Shown piece by piece: positions 16,321 through 26,816 of a stretch of 31,021 nt of DNA. A program made the translations under genes and the position numbers. A model generated the notes under the pieces. The model was not told the origin of the DNA. It worked only from the letters and a program-made list of their open reading frames with translations, and did no database searches. Every line of letters starts with the position of its first letter. The first letter of the stretch is position 1. Origin of the DNA: a virus (taxonomy: Duplodnaviria; Caudoviricetes); IMG/VR virus record IMGVR_UViG_3300037045_000088, positions 1-31,021 of that record. The stretch is one strand, 5' to 3'.

Positions 16321-17454
16321 ATGACATTAAAAAATATTGATTTAGATCTCGTTGTTCAAAAAATTGAACAAGCACCAACAGAAGAAAAAGCTAAGGTAAT
16401 TGTCGAGGCTATAAGTGAAATTGCAGAACAGCATTATGCTGAAACAGTTAAAGAGTATCAAAGAGATGCTCAAGAGTTAGAGGCCTCTAAACAAAATATC
16501 ACTAAGTTTGGATTAAGAAATCTAACATCAGAAGAAAAACAATTTATAAATAATGTTGCTAAACAAGCATTTACAGGAAGTAATATTAATTTAATTCCTG
16601 AAACTACAGTTGATTTCATATTTGAGGATTTGAAGAAAACTCATCCTCTATTTGATTATGTAACATTTGCTCCAGCAGGAATGAAGAAATGGATGCTATC
16701 TGATCGTTCAGGTAAATCAGTTTGGGGAGCAATAACAGCTACAATAGCAGAAGAAATTGAAGCTTCAATTAGCTCTATTTCTCTAGATGTTCATAAGCTT
16801 TCAAGTTTCCTATATGTACCTAAAGGAATAGTAAACTTAGGAGAAGCTTGGATTGATAAGTTTGTAAGAGCATGTCTTGAAGAAGCTAGTTCAGAAGGTT
16901 TAGAAGCAGGCATTGTTGCAGGTGATGGTAAAGATGCGCCTATTGGGTTATTAAAAGATTTAGAAGGTTCTGTAGTGTTAGGAGTTTATCCTAACAAAAC
17001 ACCAATTGCAATAACAGACTTTGGACCTGATAGTTTTGGTTCGACAGTGCTACCAACTCTAAATAGAAATGGTGGAAGAGTTGTTGATCAGATTGTAATT
17101 GTAGCAAATCAAAACGAAATTGATACTAAAATTTACAAAGCAACTCATGTTAAGGGGTTTGGTGGTTACCAAAAAGCAGAGTTATATAAGAACTTTGTAT
17201 TTGTTGCTAGTTCAGAAGTGCCTGCAAATAAAGCGATTGCTTATCTGCCTAAAAGATATGTTGCAGGAATTAGTTCAATGGGAGTTGATGCATCAAAAGA
17301 ATATAAATTCCTTGAAGATATGATTACATATGCTGTAGTAACTTATGGTAATGGTCAATTGATTGCCAATGATGATGCTATCGTTTTAGATATCACAAAT
17401 TTAGAGGCATTAGTACCAACAGTTCAAAATATTGATATAACTCCAGTAGCTTAG
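16321..17454 (+). CDS. Major capsid protein, HK97 fold
   Basis: Helical N-term delta domain; LIPET..IFEDL..HPL; GDGKDAPIGL. Confidence 0.93.
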   Translation: MTLKNIDLDLVVQKIEQAPTEEKAKVIVEAISEIAEQHYAETVKEYQRDAQELEASKQNITKFGLRNLTSEEKQFINNVAKQAFTGSNINLIPETTVDFIFEDLKKTHPLFDYVTFAPAGMKKWMLSDRSGKSVWGAITATIAEEIEASISSISLDVHKLSSFLYVPKGIVNLGEAWIDKFVRACLEEASSEGLEAGIVAGDGKDAPIGLLKDLEGSVVLGVYPNKTPIAITDFGPDSFGSTVLPTLNRNGGRVVDQIVIVANQNEIDTKIYKATHVKGFGGYQKAELYKNFVFVASSEVPANKAIAYLPKRYVAGISSMGVDASKEYKFLEDMITYAVVTYGNGQLIANDDAIVLDITNLEALVPTVQNIDITPVA

Positions 17455-17464
17455 GCTACTGGAG
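17441..17464 (+). terminator. Stem-loop with capsid stop codon in the loop
   Basis: CTCCAGTAGC-TTAG-GCTACTGGAG perfect 10-bp stem; weak U tail. Confidence 0.5.
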
Positions 17465-17488
17465 CCTTGTCTTGAATAGGAGGAATAA

Positions 17489-17686
17489 ATGTTTGAAGTA
17501 ATTAGAGAATTTAAAGATATAGAAGATGGGCATATTTATAAAAAAGGTGATATATATCCATTTGATGCAAGAACGATTAATGACATTAGAATTCAAGAAC
17601 TTTCATCTAAAAATAATAGATTAAAAACAAAGTTAATTATTGAAAGAGTGAAAGAACCTAAAGAACCGAAAAAAACTAAGAAATAG
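17489..17686 (+). CDS. Small conserved post-capsid protein
   Basis: EVIREFKD..HIYKKGDIYP..RIQELSSKNN; AGGAGG RBS. Confidence 0.8.
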   Translation: MFEVIREFKDIEDGHIYKKGDIYPFDARTINDIRIQELSSKNNRLKTKLIIERVKEPKEPKKTKK

Positions 17687-17700
17687 AAGAGGTGAAAACT

Positions 17701-17985
17701 ATGACTGAAGAACAAATTGAAAGTTTAGCTCAAGAGGTTTTGCAAGATCTTCAAATATCAGATACTACCTTAAGAACAAAAAGACATATCTTGTCAGCAA
17801 TATTTCGATTAGAAAAAACAGTCATTGGAAGACCGCTCACAGATGATCTTGATCCAATCACAAATAAAAACGTCAGGGACTATTTATTGAATTATGCGAG
17901 ATATGCGTATTACGGTGTAATTGATGAATTTAAAGTGAACTATATTGGGTTAGAAAGGGAGTTGCAAATTGAGGCAGGAATATAA
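17701..17985 (+). CDS. Head-tail connector/adaptor (gp6-like)
   Basis: Size, position, YLLNYARYAY..EFKVNY. Confidence 0.7.
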   Translation: MTEEQIESLAQEVLQDLQISDTTLRTKRHILSAIFRLEKTVIGRPLTDDLDPITNKNVRDYLLNYARYAYYGVIDEFKVNYIGLERELQIEAGI

Positions 17986-18346
17986 AAAAGGAATTCCGCG
18001 TTATCTCGACGGAGAACTTGAATTATTTGAAATCCAACCTGTTGAAACAGTCAGCGGATTTTTTGTTGATAAATTAAAATCAACAGGAAGAAAAATAAAA
18101 TTTGAAAGGCTTGCTATATATGACAGATTAGCATTAGAAGCTAAATCAAGAGGAATAGAATTAACGATGAAGATTAGAATTCAACCTATTGAAATAGGCG
18201 CTCATTATTATGTAAAGATAAATAATGAATTTCACGAAATAGCAAATAGTGCAATAATCCTAGACAACCGTGACAATTTCAAAAAGACAGAAATATCCCT
18301 GATGAAATACTCCCAAAGTTTTGAGGTGATTGAAGATGACATTTAA
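17969..18346 (+). CDS. Head closure protein
   Basis: Position, beta-rich C-term (KIRI..YVKINNEFHEI). Confidence 0.65.
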   Translation: MRQEYKKGIPRYLDGELELFEIQPVETVSGFFVDKLKSTGRKIKFERLAIYDRLALEAKSRGIELTMKIRIQPIEIGAHYYVKINNEFHEIANSAIILDNRDNFKKTEISLMKYSQSFEVIEDDI

Positions 18347-18674
18347 TGAATTGAAAGAAGTATTGCAAACCTGCGAAATTCCATTACAGGAATGGCAATG
18401 GAAAGAAATACCTTCAAAAGGTTACACAGTGAGCACTTATCCCCGATGTGTAGTCTGGCCATATGTCCATACAGGTCTTTTAGCATCAGGTGGAAAATAT
18501 AATTTGATGCAAACTATTCAAGTCAGTGTTTACTCAAAAAATCCAATTGAACCTAAAGTTTTCGAGCTTGAAGAACTATTAATTGAAAAAGGAATAAATT
18601 CCGTAATCTATCAAGAATTTGATGAGTCGGATCAGGTATTCCATTATTATATGGGGATCGACGTTGCGAGATAA
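18336..18674 (+). CDS. Probable tail terminator
   Basis: YPRCVVW..TIQVSVYS..VFHYYMGI. Confidence 0.55.
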   Translation: MTFNELKEVLQTCEIPLQEWQWKEIPSKGYTVSTYPRCVVWPYVHTGLLASGGKYNLMQTIQVSVYSKNPIEPKVFELEELLIEKGINSVIYQEFDESDQVFHYYMGIDVAR

Positions 18675-19023
18675 TTTCACAGTTGGATTTGAAGGGATAG
18701 GTAAACAATTAAGTGACTTGATTTCAAAAATTGATAACAAGGAAGATGCAATTGAAAGTGTTGCAAATGACTTTGCAAGTGATATAAGGAGGATGCCACG
18801 GCCACGCAGTAAATGCCGATCTCGTGGATATACTCACCTTATAGACACTGTTAGCTATAGAAAAAAAGGCGACGTTTTCCAAGTAGGTTGGGGAAAATAT
18901 TACGGTCACATGGTTGAGTCTGGAACATTTAGAATGAACGGCTCACCTCACATGCGACCAACCTGGCAACAAAACCGGGAAAAATACATTGACTCACTGA
19001 AAAGAAAATTTGGTCTAAATTGA
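18664..19023 (+). CDS. HK97 gp10-like tail completion protein
   Basis: VGWGKYYGHMVESGTFRM..PHMRPTW; TTG start after GGGGA. Confidence 0.8.
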   Translation: MRDNFTVGFEGIGKQLSDLISKIDNKEDAIESVANDFASDIRRMPRPRSKCRSRGYTHLIDTVSYRKKGDVFQVGWGKYYGHMVESGTFRMNGSPHMRPTWQQNREKYIDSLKRKFGLN

Positions 19024-19036
19024 AAGGAGAAATTAT

Positions 19037-19651
19037 ATGCCAATTACTAAAAAAACACCAGCGGTGAAACAATCAGTCGGTGCACAGTATATTTGCTTTG
19101 CTACCGATGTTGATCCATTGACTTATGATACAGCTATTGAAAAATCAGAGACTGTAAAAAACATTTCAACAACTGAAAATGCTGAAATGGTACCAATTAG
19201 AGCATCAGGCGCAATTTATAAAACTGTTGCAGGTCCATCAGACATAGAAATTTCAACAGAAGTTGTAGCATTCGTTGCTGAAACACTAGCTAAAATGCGC
19301 GGCGAAACCACAGATGTAGGAGGACTAGTTTTATCTGGTGCACCTGCTGATAGGCCATATTTCGCTTATGGTAAAGTAGTTAAATTGGATGGTGGTAATG
19401 TAAGATTTGAATGGTTTCCGAAGTGTCAATTGGTTGGAAATACTGATGATATCGGAACTAGTGAAGACTCATTTAAAGAACAGAATGATACACTGACCAT
19501 AAAAGCCCAGCCTTTTGATAGTGCTGGCAACACAAAAACCTATGTTCAGTCTGATATGACCTCGTTCCCGGAAGGTTTAACTGAAGATGAATTTTTCAGT
19601 ATACCAATATTAACTCCGGCTGACCTGTTAACTGTCAATATAGGAGCATAA
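19037..19651 (+). CDS. Major tail protein
   Basis: RPYFAYGKV..WFPKCQL; strong RBS; followed by terminator. Confidence 0.88.
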   Translation: MPITKKTPAVKQSVGAQYICFATDVDPLTYDTAIEKSETVKNISTTENAEMVPIRASGAIYKTVAGPSDIEISTEVVAFVAETLAKMRGETTDVGGLVLSGAPADRPYFAYGKVVKLDGGNVRFEWFPKCQLVGNTDDIGTSEDSFKEQNDTLTIKAQPFDSAGNTKTYVQSDMTSFPEGLTEDEFFSIPILTPADLLTVNIGA

Positions 19652-19659
19652 TCAAATAA

Positions 19660-19691
19660 AGTCTGGAGGATAAAACCTCCAGGCTTTTTTT
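19660..19691 (+). terminator. Intrinsic terminator after major tail gene
   Basis: AGTCTGGAGG/CCTCCAGGCT plus T-run. Confidence 0.8.
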
Positions 19692-19705
19692 ATATAGGAG
19701 GAAAA

Positions 19706-20110
19706 ATGAAACTAATTAAACTAGCTAACGGTGAAACCTTAAACTTGGCCATTAATTTCTTAACTATCAAACTGGTTATTGAATCAGGGATAATGCAAAA
19801 ATTAGAAAAAATTTCAAAAGCAGAAAAATTAAGAAAAGAAGAAGCTAAATTGAAAGGGCTAGAACTTTCAGAAAAAGAACTTCAAAGTAATCCTGAAGAT
19901 TCAGTTGAAAGCATCAAATTGACTGGAAAATTGCTTTGGGCCATTATGTATTCCAACGGAAAAAAGATAACAGAAGAAGATGCGCTTGCATTAATTCCAC
20001 TTGAAGAAGAAGATTCTTTTTGGGAAATTATCGACGAGTTTACGGAGAAGTCAAAAGAATTTGCAAAAAAGGCGGAGGCTCGCTCGAACTTGGCAAGACT
20101 AGCGAGATAG
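19706..20110 (+). CDS. Tail assembly chaperone (gpG-like)
   Basis: Between major tail and tape measure genes; slippery site at 20065. Confidence 0.82.
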   Translation: MKLIKLANGETLNLAINFLTIKLVIESGIMQKLEKISKAEKLRKEEAKLKGLELSEKELQSNPEDSVESIKLTGKLLWAIMYSNGKKITEEDALALIPLEEEDSFWEIIDEFTEKSKEFAKKAEARSNLARLAR

Positions 20111-20238
20111 ATTGGGCGAGCAATCTGTATCTTGCGCACGATATGAATATGACGGAAGAGGAGTTTTGGAATTCTGATCCGTTTATATTTAATCAAATGA
20201 CAAAAATTCACATAAAAAATAAAAATAATAGATTATAG
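20065..20238 (+). CDS. -1 frameshift extension of tail chaperone (gpT-like)
   Basis: A AAA AAG 20065-20071 in frame; -1 frame reads ..IDWASNLYLAHDMNMTEEEFWNSDP. Confidence 0.8.
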   Translation, partial: KKGGGSLELGKTSEIDWASNLYLAHDMNMTEEEFWNSDPFIFNQMTKIHIKNKNNRL

Positions 20239-20252
20239 AAAGGAGGAAATAG

Positions 20253-22643
20253 ATGAAAGATCTTCAAAAAATAGGCGTCGAATTTACCGCGGACGGTGTT
20301 GCAGATTTTAAAAAGTCACTATCGACAGTCAACTCAGAATTATCAAAAAATAAAGCTGAGTTTAAACTTTTAACGCAACAATACGACGACAATACAAAAG
20401 CAAGTCAAAAACTTGCAGACAAACAAGAATTCCTTTCTAAACAATATGATTCACAAAAAAATAGAGTTGCAATTTTACGTGCCGAATTAGAAGAAATGGA
20501 AGGTTCTGAAAATGCAAACGCAAAACAACTTGAAAAGAAAAGAACTCAACTAACAAATGCTGAATCTGCAATGATCAAGTACGGAAAAGAACTTGATGAT
20601 GTTAGTCAAAAAGTTAAAAAAGGAACCGCTGACATTGAAGAAATGGGCAAGAAAATTGGAAAAGCTGGCGAAGATATGAAAGCAGCCGGAACAACTATGA
20701 GTAGAAATGTTACAGCACCAATTTTAGCAATTGGCGCCGGGGCAATGGTTGCATGGAAAGAAGTTGACACTGCAAAAGACGGGATAGTAACTGCGACAGG
20801 CGCAACAGGTGATGCGTTAGCAAAATTGACAGATGTTTTCGACGAGGTTTATGGAAATTTCCCATTTGAATCAATGCAAGTTTCTGACGCCATTGGAGAA
20901 ATCAACACAAGATTAGGCTTCACAGATGAACAACTAAAAAATTCCAGTACAGAATTCCTAAAGTTTGCAAAAATAAACGGGATCGATGTTAAGTCAGCTG
21001 TTGCATTAGTTGCAAGAGCTATGGGAGACGCAGGAATTCCAGCTGAGGAATACTCTGGTTTATTAGATGATTTGACAATTGCATCGCAAGCTTCTGGAAT
21101 TGGAATCGGAAACCTAACTGAATTATTGACAAAATATGGTGCTCCGATGAGAGCATTAGGGTTTACTACAAAAGAATCAATTGCAATCTTTTCTAGCTGG
21201 GAAAAAGCCGGAGTAAATACAGAAATTGCATTCTCAGGTATGAAAAAAGCAATCGGAACCTGGAGTGCAGAAGGAAAAGATGCGAGAGAAGAATTCAAGA
21301 AAACTCTGAAAACTATTGGAGATGCTCCAGATATTGCAAAGGCAACAGGTTTAGCTATTGAAGCATTTGGAATCAAAGCTGGACCAGACCTTGCCGATGC
21401 AATACAAGGTGGAAGATTTGAATATCAAGACTTTTTAGATATACTTGAGGGTTCACAGGGGACTGTTGAAAAGACTTTTCAAGCAACACTTTCTCCAGCT
21501 GATCAAGCAACAGTTGCTTTAAACAATATGAAATTAGCAGGAGCAGACCTTGGTGAAGTAATTTTTGCATCACTTGAACCAGCGTTCAAAGCAATTTCAG
21601 AAGCTTTAAAAGATTTTTCAACTTGGTTTACAAATTTGGATCCAACAACTCAACAAATTATCATCGGAATCGGCGGACTGGTTGCGGCGATAGGTCCAAT
21701 GTTAGTAATTTTTGGAACGCTAGCAGGAAGCCTTTCAAAAATAATTGCGTTGTTTACCTCGGAAATTGCTGTAAAGGCACTTAGTGCGATAGGTACTGGT
21801 ATTATGACAGCCGCCACAGTAGCATGGAATATAGTATGTGCTATAGCAACAGGTATCACTTGGGCATTTGGTGCTGCTATCGCCTTCTTGACAAGTCCAA
21901 TTGGACTCGTAATCCTGGCGATAGTTGCAATAATTGCCATAATAGTTTTATTTGGTGATCAAATAAAAGCAGTAATGGAAAAAGCATGGGGAACAGTAAA
22001 TGATATTTTGAATAAAATCCAAGGTGCCTTCAAAGGTTCTTTCGGAGAAATTTTTGCGGTTGCAATAGGAATATTTCAGAATTTATTTAATAATATCAAG
22101 ACTGTTTTGACAGGCGTTATTGATTTAGTAAAAGGAGTATTTACAGGAAACTGGTCACAAGCATGGGACGGAATAAAAGGAATAGTCGGAGGAGTATTCT
22201 CGAGCATGGTCACACTTGCAAAGGCACCACTTAATATGATCGTTGGCGCATTGAATGGATTAATAAACGGACTTAATAAAATGATTGCCGGGCTAAATAG
22301 TATCAAGGTTAATATTCCAGACTGGGTACCAGGGTTAGGCGGTAAATCTTTCGGGGTGAATATCGGAAAAATTGGTAATATTCCATATCTGGCAAAAGGT
22401 GGAGAATTGTTGAATGGAATGGCTGTTGTTGCAGAAGCAGGTCCTGAATTACTAATGCAACAAGGAAATAAAACAAAAGTATTGCCACTGACAAATGGTG
22501 GTGGAGCAACACCAACTGAAATAATAGACTATCAAAAATTAGGTTATGAAGTTGCAAAGGCAATTAAAGGTATGGTGGTTGAAATGGATGGTAGGGAATT
22601 AGGTAAAGTTATTGATAAAAGGCTTGTAAAGGCGGTGTATTAA
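20253..22643 (+). CDS. Tape measure protein
   Basis: 796 aa; coiled-coil N-term, Ala/Gly-rich core, hydrophobic segments, W-spaced repeats, IPYLAKGG..VAEAGPE. Confidence 0.95.
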   Translation: MKDLQKIGVEFTADGVADFKKSLSTVNSELSKNKAEFKLLTQQYDDNTKASQKLADKQEFLSKQYDSQKNRVAILRAELEEMEGSENANAKQLEKKRTQLTNAESAMIKYGKELDDVSQKVKKGTADIEEMGKKIGKAGEDMKAAGTTMSRNVTAPILAIGAGAMVAWKEVDTAKDGIVTATGATGDALAKLTDVFDEVYGNFPFESMQVSDAIGEINTRLGFTDEQLKNSSTEFLKFAKINGIDVKSAVALVARAMGDAGIPAEEYSGLLDDLTIASQASGIGIGNLTELLTKYGAPMRALGFTTKESIAIFSSWEKAGVNTEIAFSGMKKAIGTWSAEGKDAREEFKKTLKTIGDAPDIAKATGLAIEAFGIKAGPDLADAIQGGRFEYQDFLDILEGSQGTVEKTFQATLSPADQATVALNNMKLAGADLGEVIFASLEPAFKAISEALKDFSTWFTNLDPTTQQIIIGIGGLVAAIGPMLVIFGTLAGSLSKIIALFTSEIAVKALSAIGTGIMTAATVAWNIVCAIATGITWAFGAAIAFLTSPIGLVILAIVAIIAIIVLFGDQIKAVMEKAWGTVNDILNKIQGAFKGSFGEIFAVAIGIFQNLFNNIKTVLTGVIDLVKGVFTGNWSQAWDGIKGIVGGVFSSMVTLAKAPLNMIVGALNGLINGLNKMIAGLNSIKVNIPDWVPGLGGKSFGVNIGKIGNIPYLAKGGELLNGMAVVAEAGPELLMQQGNKTKVLPLTNGGGATPTEIIDYQKLGYEVAKAIKGMVVEMDGRELGKVIDKRLVKAVY

Positions 22644-22644
22644 G

Positions 22645-23313
22645 ATGTGGAAATTTAATGGGCTATCTAGTAATGATATGGGTGTTATAGCATCTGAATT
22701 AGATTTTACAGCAAAAGCACCGCAAAGAGTTGATAGGGTTATAGTAGATGGTAAAAATGAAAGTCAATTTGTACCTTTAGGATATAGTGAAGTAGACATT
22801 GATATATTCTTACAGTTGGTTGATGTTGCAAAAGAAAATGAAGTATATTCATGGTTAAATGGTGAAGGGATACTTGAGTTTAATGGCAAAGTTTCAAAAG
22901 CTTATTTTTATGATTCATTTCAATTTAAAAGAGATGCTAGTATCAAAACTTCTAGAGTTAGATTGTTAAGATCTCCATTTTGGCATAAGGCTATCGATGA
23001 ATTTACAAACGTAACAACATCTGTAATAAATGTCGGGACTATACCATCACAACCACTGATTAGGTTTGAGAAAAATACATCCTCAACATTTGATGTCACT
23101 ATTGGTGGAGTTCGCTTTAATTATGATTTTGCTGATGATACAAGTGTTGAAATTGATTGTGCGACTGGTGAAGTAAAGTTTGATAGTTTGTACAGGTTTA
23201 ATCAAATTGATATTGGTTATGACTTACCAATTTTAGCTATTGGATCAAGTGTAGTTAGTATACATAGCGGTGATCCTATTGTAAAAATAAAGCGGAAAGA
23301 TAGGTGGCTATAA
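22645..23313 (+). CDS. Distal tail protein (Dit)
   Basis: Follows tape measure; FNGLSSNDMG..; INVGTIPSQPLI. Confidence 0.82.
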   Translation: MWKFNGLSSNDMGVIASELDFTAKAPQRVDRVIVDGKNESQFVPLGYSEVDIDIFLQLVDVAKENEVYSWLNGEGILEFNGKVSKAYFYDSFQFKRDASIKTSRVRLLRSPFWHKAIDEFTNVTTSVINVGTIPSQPLIRFEKNTSSTFDVTIGGVRFNYDFADDTSVEIDCATGEVKFDSLYRFNQIDIGYDLPILAIGSSVVSIHSGDPIVKIKRKDRWL

Positions 23314-24966
23314 ATGATTAAACTATTTCCTGCAACCGCTGAAGATTTTGAAATAGGATCTGAATTATTTATTTCAGATCCGTTGGAAGTCTATGAAACA
23401 AAAAAAAGATCATTGAATGGCTGGAGTATTGAAGTAAAACTGCCTATAAAGTATGCGGAATATATTGCTCAAGACAAAATTATTGTCTTGAAAACAAAGT
23501 CAAAGTTAAATCCTCAAGCATTCAGAATAAATAATATAGAGAAAGATCCATATTATTTAAGATTTGAAGCTAGGCACGTTATGTTTGATAGTGAAAGATA
23601 TTTTATTTTAGATGCAAGGCCAACAAATCTCAATGGTCAAAATGCTCTAGATTGGATAAATGTGAGGACTGACCAAATCAGTCCTTTTACTTTTTATTCA
23701 GATGTTACTGATGTAAACACTTCATACTTTATAAGAAAAACATTGCTTGAAGTAATGTCTGAAATAGAGGAACTATGGGGTGGAACTTTTGAGGCAGATA
23801 ATTTTAATATATCTTTCATGACAAATGTCGGAAATGATAACGGTGTTCGTGTAGCTTATGCTCAAAACTTAGAGAACATAGAGGTGATTGAAGACTGGTC
23901 AGGAGTGTGTACAAGAATATATCCAATTGGAAAAGATGGAATAACACTTGATTCGGATTATATTGATTCAGATGTTCAATATGATAAAAAATATGTCAAA
24001 TTGGTCAAATTTGAAAGCAATCTAGATGATGAACTTGCATCACTTGAAGATTATATCGAAGAATTAACTACAAATGCTACCGAGTTTCTGAACCTTAACA
24101 AGTTTCCGATGATTCAATATTCTGTTTCTTCAAATGTAAATCAAGATCTTGAAATAGGTGATATTGTCAGAGTTTTACATCCTCTTGTGGAGTTAGAAAC
24201 AAATGTTCAAGAATATGAATACAATGTTTTGACAAAAAGAGTTGAGAATATTGTGTTTGGTAATTATACCAAATCTGTTGAAAAAGCTTTTGCTGATATA
24301 AAAGAGTCTATTGATCAAAACAATCAAATTTTATTAGAACAAACAAATACTATAACAAACTTAAATAAACTAGGTTATGTTTACATCGATGAAAATGAAA
24401 TCTTAATTCTCGATAAATTACCAAAAGAAGATGCAGAAAATGTATGGCGCTTTGGTCTTGGTGGAATAGGTTTCAGCTCAAATGGATATAGCGGACCTTT
24501 TGAAGTTGCGATATTCCAGGATGGTAAAATTAATGCCAATTTTATAACAGCTGGTACAATGGCTATTAACAGAATTCAAGGTTTATCTCAGAAACTTTTA
24601 GATTATGATGCGGCTATTTTATTGAATGGAACAAATATTCAATTTGCTATCACAAAGCTTGGAGACATTGATGCAAATGGCGTGAAAAAAGTCCTAAATA
24701 CACTTTTACAACTTGACGAAAATGGTATTCTTTTATCAAAAACTGGACAAGATATGAAAATAAAACTAGGATATTTGACTGATACAGTTGTTGGATTAGA
24801 GGTTAAAAGAGATGAAGTTGTTGAGATGTCTGTTACTAACGTTGGAGTGTTAGCTAGATATGTCAAAGTTATTGAAAGACAAGATACTGGAAATAATCTC
24901 AGGACTGAAGATTTCACAAGTGCAAGAGGAATCGGAACTGGTTTCTTCTTTAATGGAGGTAGTTAA
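23314..24966 (+). CDS. Tal / baseplate hub (prophage endopeptidase-tail family)
   Basis: PQAFRI, WGGTFEADNF, CTRIYPIGKDG, LEIGDIV, NVWRFGLGGIGFSSNGYSGPF. Confidence 0.85.
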   Translation: MIKLFPATAEDFEIGSELFISDPLEVYETKKRSLNGWSIEVKLPIKYAEYIAQDKIIVLKTKSKLNPQAFRINNIEKDPYYLRFEARHVMFDSERYFILDARPTNLNGQNALDWINVRTDQISPFTFYSDVTDVNTSYFIRKTLLEVMSEIEELWGGTFEADNFNISFMTNVGNDNGVRVAYAQNLENIEVIEDWSGVCTRIYPIGKDGITLDSDYIDSDVQYDKKYVKLVKFESNLDDELASLEDYIEELTTNATEFLNLNKFPMIQYSVSSNVNQDLEIGDIVRVLHPLVELETNVQEYEYNVLTKRVENIVFGNYTKSVEKAFADIKESIDQNNQILLEQTNTITNLNKLGYVYIDENEILILDKLPKEDAENVWRFGLGGIGFSSNGYSGPFEVAIFQDGKINANFITAGTMAINRIQGLSQKLLDYDAAILLNGTNIQFAITKLGDIDANGVKKVLNTLLQLDENGILLSKTGQDMKIKLGYLTDTVVGLEVKRDEVVEMSVTNVGVLARYVKVIERQDTGNNLRTEDFTSARGIGTGFFFNGGS

Positions 24967-24968
24967 TT

Positions 24969-26816
24969 ATGGGTTTAATTCAAGGATCAGTTTCTCAAAA
25001 TACAGCACGACTTAGATCGTTTATTTATTTTTGGGATGCATCACCTTCTCAAGAATGGAAGATATTAAATAATATGACAAAGGTTAGGTATATTCCTTTA
25101 GTGGACACTAACAATCCTTCTTTTGATTGGAATGGTACACTTTCAAATATGCTAACTAATATTAACAATGTTATAAAAAATAACTATGGATCTTATAATT
25201 CAAACACTACAAACGGATATACTTGGTCGACTTCAAATTCACCTACAGGAAGAGTTGCAGAAAGTATGCTTGAAGCAACATCACCTGGTTATTATGAAGT
25301 AGATGTTCCTCATAATTCTGATGGTACAAAACCAGATTGTTTGCTAGCCTGTTCATTTAGTCTTCCATCAGGTGGATATGGTCCAGGGAATGTCAATATA
25401 AGTGGGCAAGTGGCTCTAGCTTCAATACCACGTGCTTCAGAAGTGACAGTACCAGCTGGTAATATTGGTGAAGCGGTCTCAATCAATATAAACAAATATT
25501 CAGTAGGTTTTACTAGTACTTTAAAATATGAATGTGGCGCTTTAAATGGAACTATTGTTGAAAAAACTCCTCAATCAACTTGGGGTTGGATAATTCCAGA
25601 AACGTTTTATGCCTTGATTCCGAATGCGCTGTCAATTCCATGTAAAATCATTTGCGAAACTTATAACGGATCAACATTATTAGGAACAAAAGAAACAACC
25701 TTCTTGGCAAACGTGAATCAAGTAACTAATCAACCAGAAGTCTCAGCGGTGATCATTGACACAAATTCAAAATCGACCGCGTTGACTGGTGACAGTTCAA
25801 AAATGGTAAAATTCATAAGTAATGCGCGGGCAACAATTACTGCAACAGCAAAAAACGGTGCCACAATATCGACTAGAAAATTTGATTGTGCTGACGGAAA
25901 AACTGGAACAGGATCTCCTATAACATTGAATGCGGTTGAAAATGGCAATTTTGTTGTAACGGCAACGGATTCAAGAGGAATTTCAAAAGCCGTTTCCTAT
26001 AGCAAAACATTAGTCGACTATATTAAATTAACTGTAAACGCTAGCTTTAAAAGGAATTTAGCAACGGACAATAAAGTAAAACTTTCCTTCAATGGTAATT
26101 ACTTTAATGGTACATTTGGAGCTGTAGCAAATACTTTGCAATTGAAATATAGATATAAAAAAACAACTGACACGGTTTGGAGTCCATTATATACATTAAC
26201 ACCGGTTATTTCTGGTAATGGATATTCTGGAGCAAATATAATTCTTGCGCCAGAAGGAGTCCAGACAGTTTTCACTTATGCAGATGCTTGGGACTTTGAA
26301 TTATATGCATACGATAAGATATACGATACTACTGGCATTAAATTTGTTGAAGTTGTAGGGCCTGGAGAACCAAATTTTGCAATTGGTAAAGACTTTTTTG
26401 AACATTATACTGATGTATTTGCAAGTAAAAACTTAGATGTAGATGGTGTTATCAATGCTGATAGCGGACTTGAATTAAATGGTTCACCAATCGTTGAGAG
26501 TGGCTCAAATGCTAATGGTGATTGGGTTCGGTATGCAGATGGTACACAAATATGCTGGTTTATTGCAACACCTGTTTATAGTTTACCAACTAGATTAGCT
26601 GTTATTGCAACCTTGCCTGTGTCATTTATTAGTGGGGCTATTGGAACTGCAAATAAAAGAGCTGATGATGAGGGGATACTTTTTAATACGTCGGTAGTTT
26701 GTTTAACAGTAACCACTACAACGGCAACAATAAGGGCTTATAGGACACAAGCAACAGACTTTGTGGCGGGAAACAGTATTATTGTTAGATGCATAGCAAT
26801 AGGGAGGTGGAAATAA
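24969..26816 (+). CDS. Tail fibre / receptor-binding protein (DUF859-like + gp53-like C-term)
   Basis: VPHNSDGTK, LASIPRAS, VTATDSRG; C-term IVESGSNANGDWVRYADGTQICW..IAIGRWK. Confidence 0.82.
   Translation: MGLIQGSVSQNTARLRSFIYFWDASPSQEWKILNNMTKVRYIPLVDTNNPSFDWNGTLSNMLTNINNVIKNNYGSYNSNTTNGYTWSTSNSPTGRVAESMLEATSPGYYEVDVPHNSDGTKPDCLLACSFSLPSGGYGPGNVNISGQVALASIPRASEVTVPAGNIGEAVSININKYSVGFTSTLKYECGALNGTIVEKTPQSTWGWIIPETFYALIPNALSIPCKIICETYNGSTLLGTKETTFLANVNQVTNQPEVSAVIIDTNSKSTALTGDSSKMVKFISNARATITATAKNGATISTRKFDCADGKTGTGSPITLNAVENGNFVVTATDSRGISKAVSYSKTLVDYIKLTVNASFKRNLATDNKVKLSFNGNYFNGTFGAVANTLQLKYRYKKTTDTVWSPLYTLTPVISGNGYSGANIILAPEGVQTVFTYADAWDFELYAYDKIYDTTGIKFVEVVGPGEPNFAIGKDFFEHYTDVFASKNLDVDGVINADSGLELNGSPIVESGSNANGDWVRYADGTQICWFIATPVYSLPTRLAVIATLPVSFISGAIGTANKRADDEGILFNTSVVCLTVTTTTATIRAYRTQATDFVAGNSIIVRCIAIGRWK

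Noticed and set aside
17120-17323. Alternate-frame ORF inside the capsid gene
   Set aside because: No RBS or recognisable product; likely chance.
17441-17488. Capsid read-through or frameshift fusion to the next ORF
   Set aside because: Read-through hits TGA after six codons, and the next ORF's frame has a TAG before its start.
18336-19023. Terminator-like gene preceding the gp10-like gene (swapped order)
   Set aside because: Assignments are uncertain and such order variants are known among siphophages.
20020-20238. Independent 72 aa gene
   Set aside because: Better explained as the -1 frameshift extension of the tail chaperone.
20849-22563. Long antisense ORFs within the tape measure gene
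   Set aside because: Expected by-product of Ala/Gly/Ile-rich codon usage.
24969-26816. DGR or invertible tail-fibre variation
   Set aside because: No reverse transcriptase, invertase or second copy of the fibre 3' end seen.
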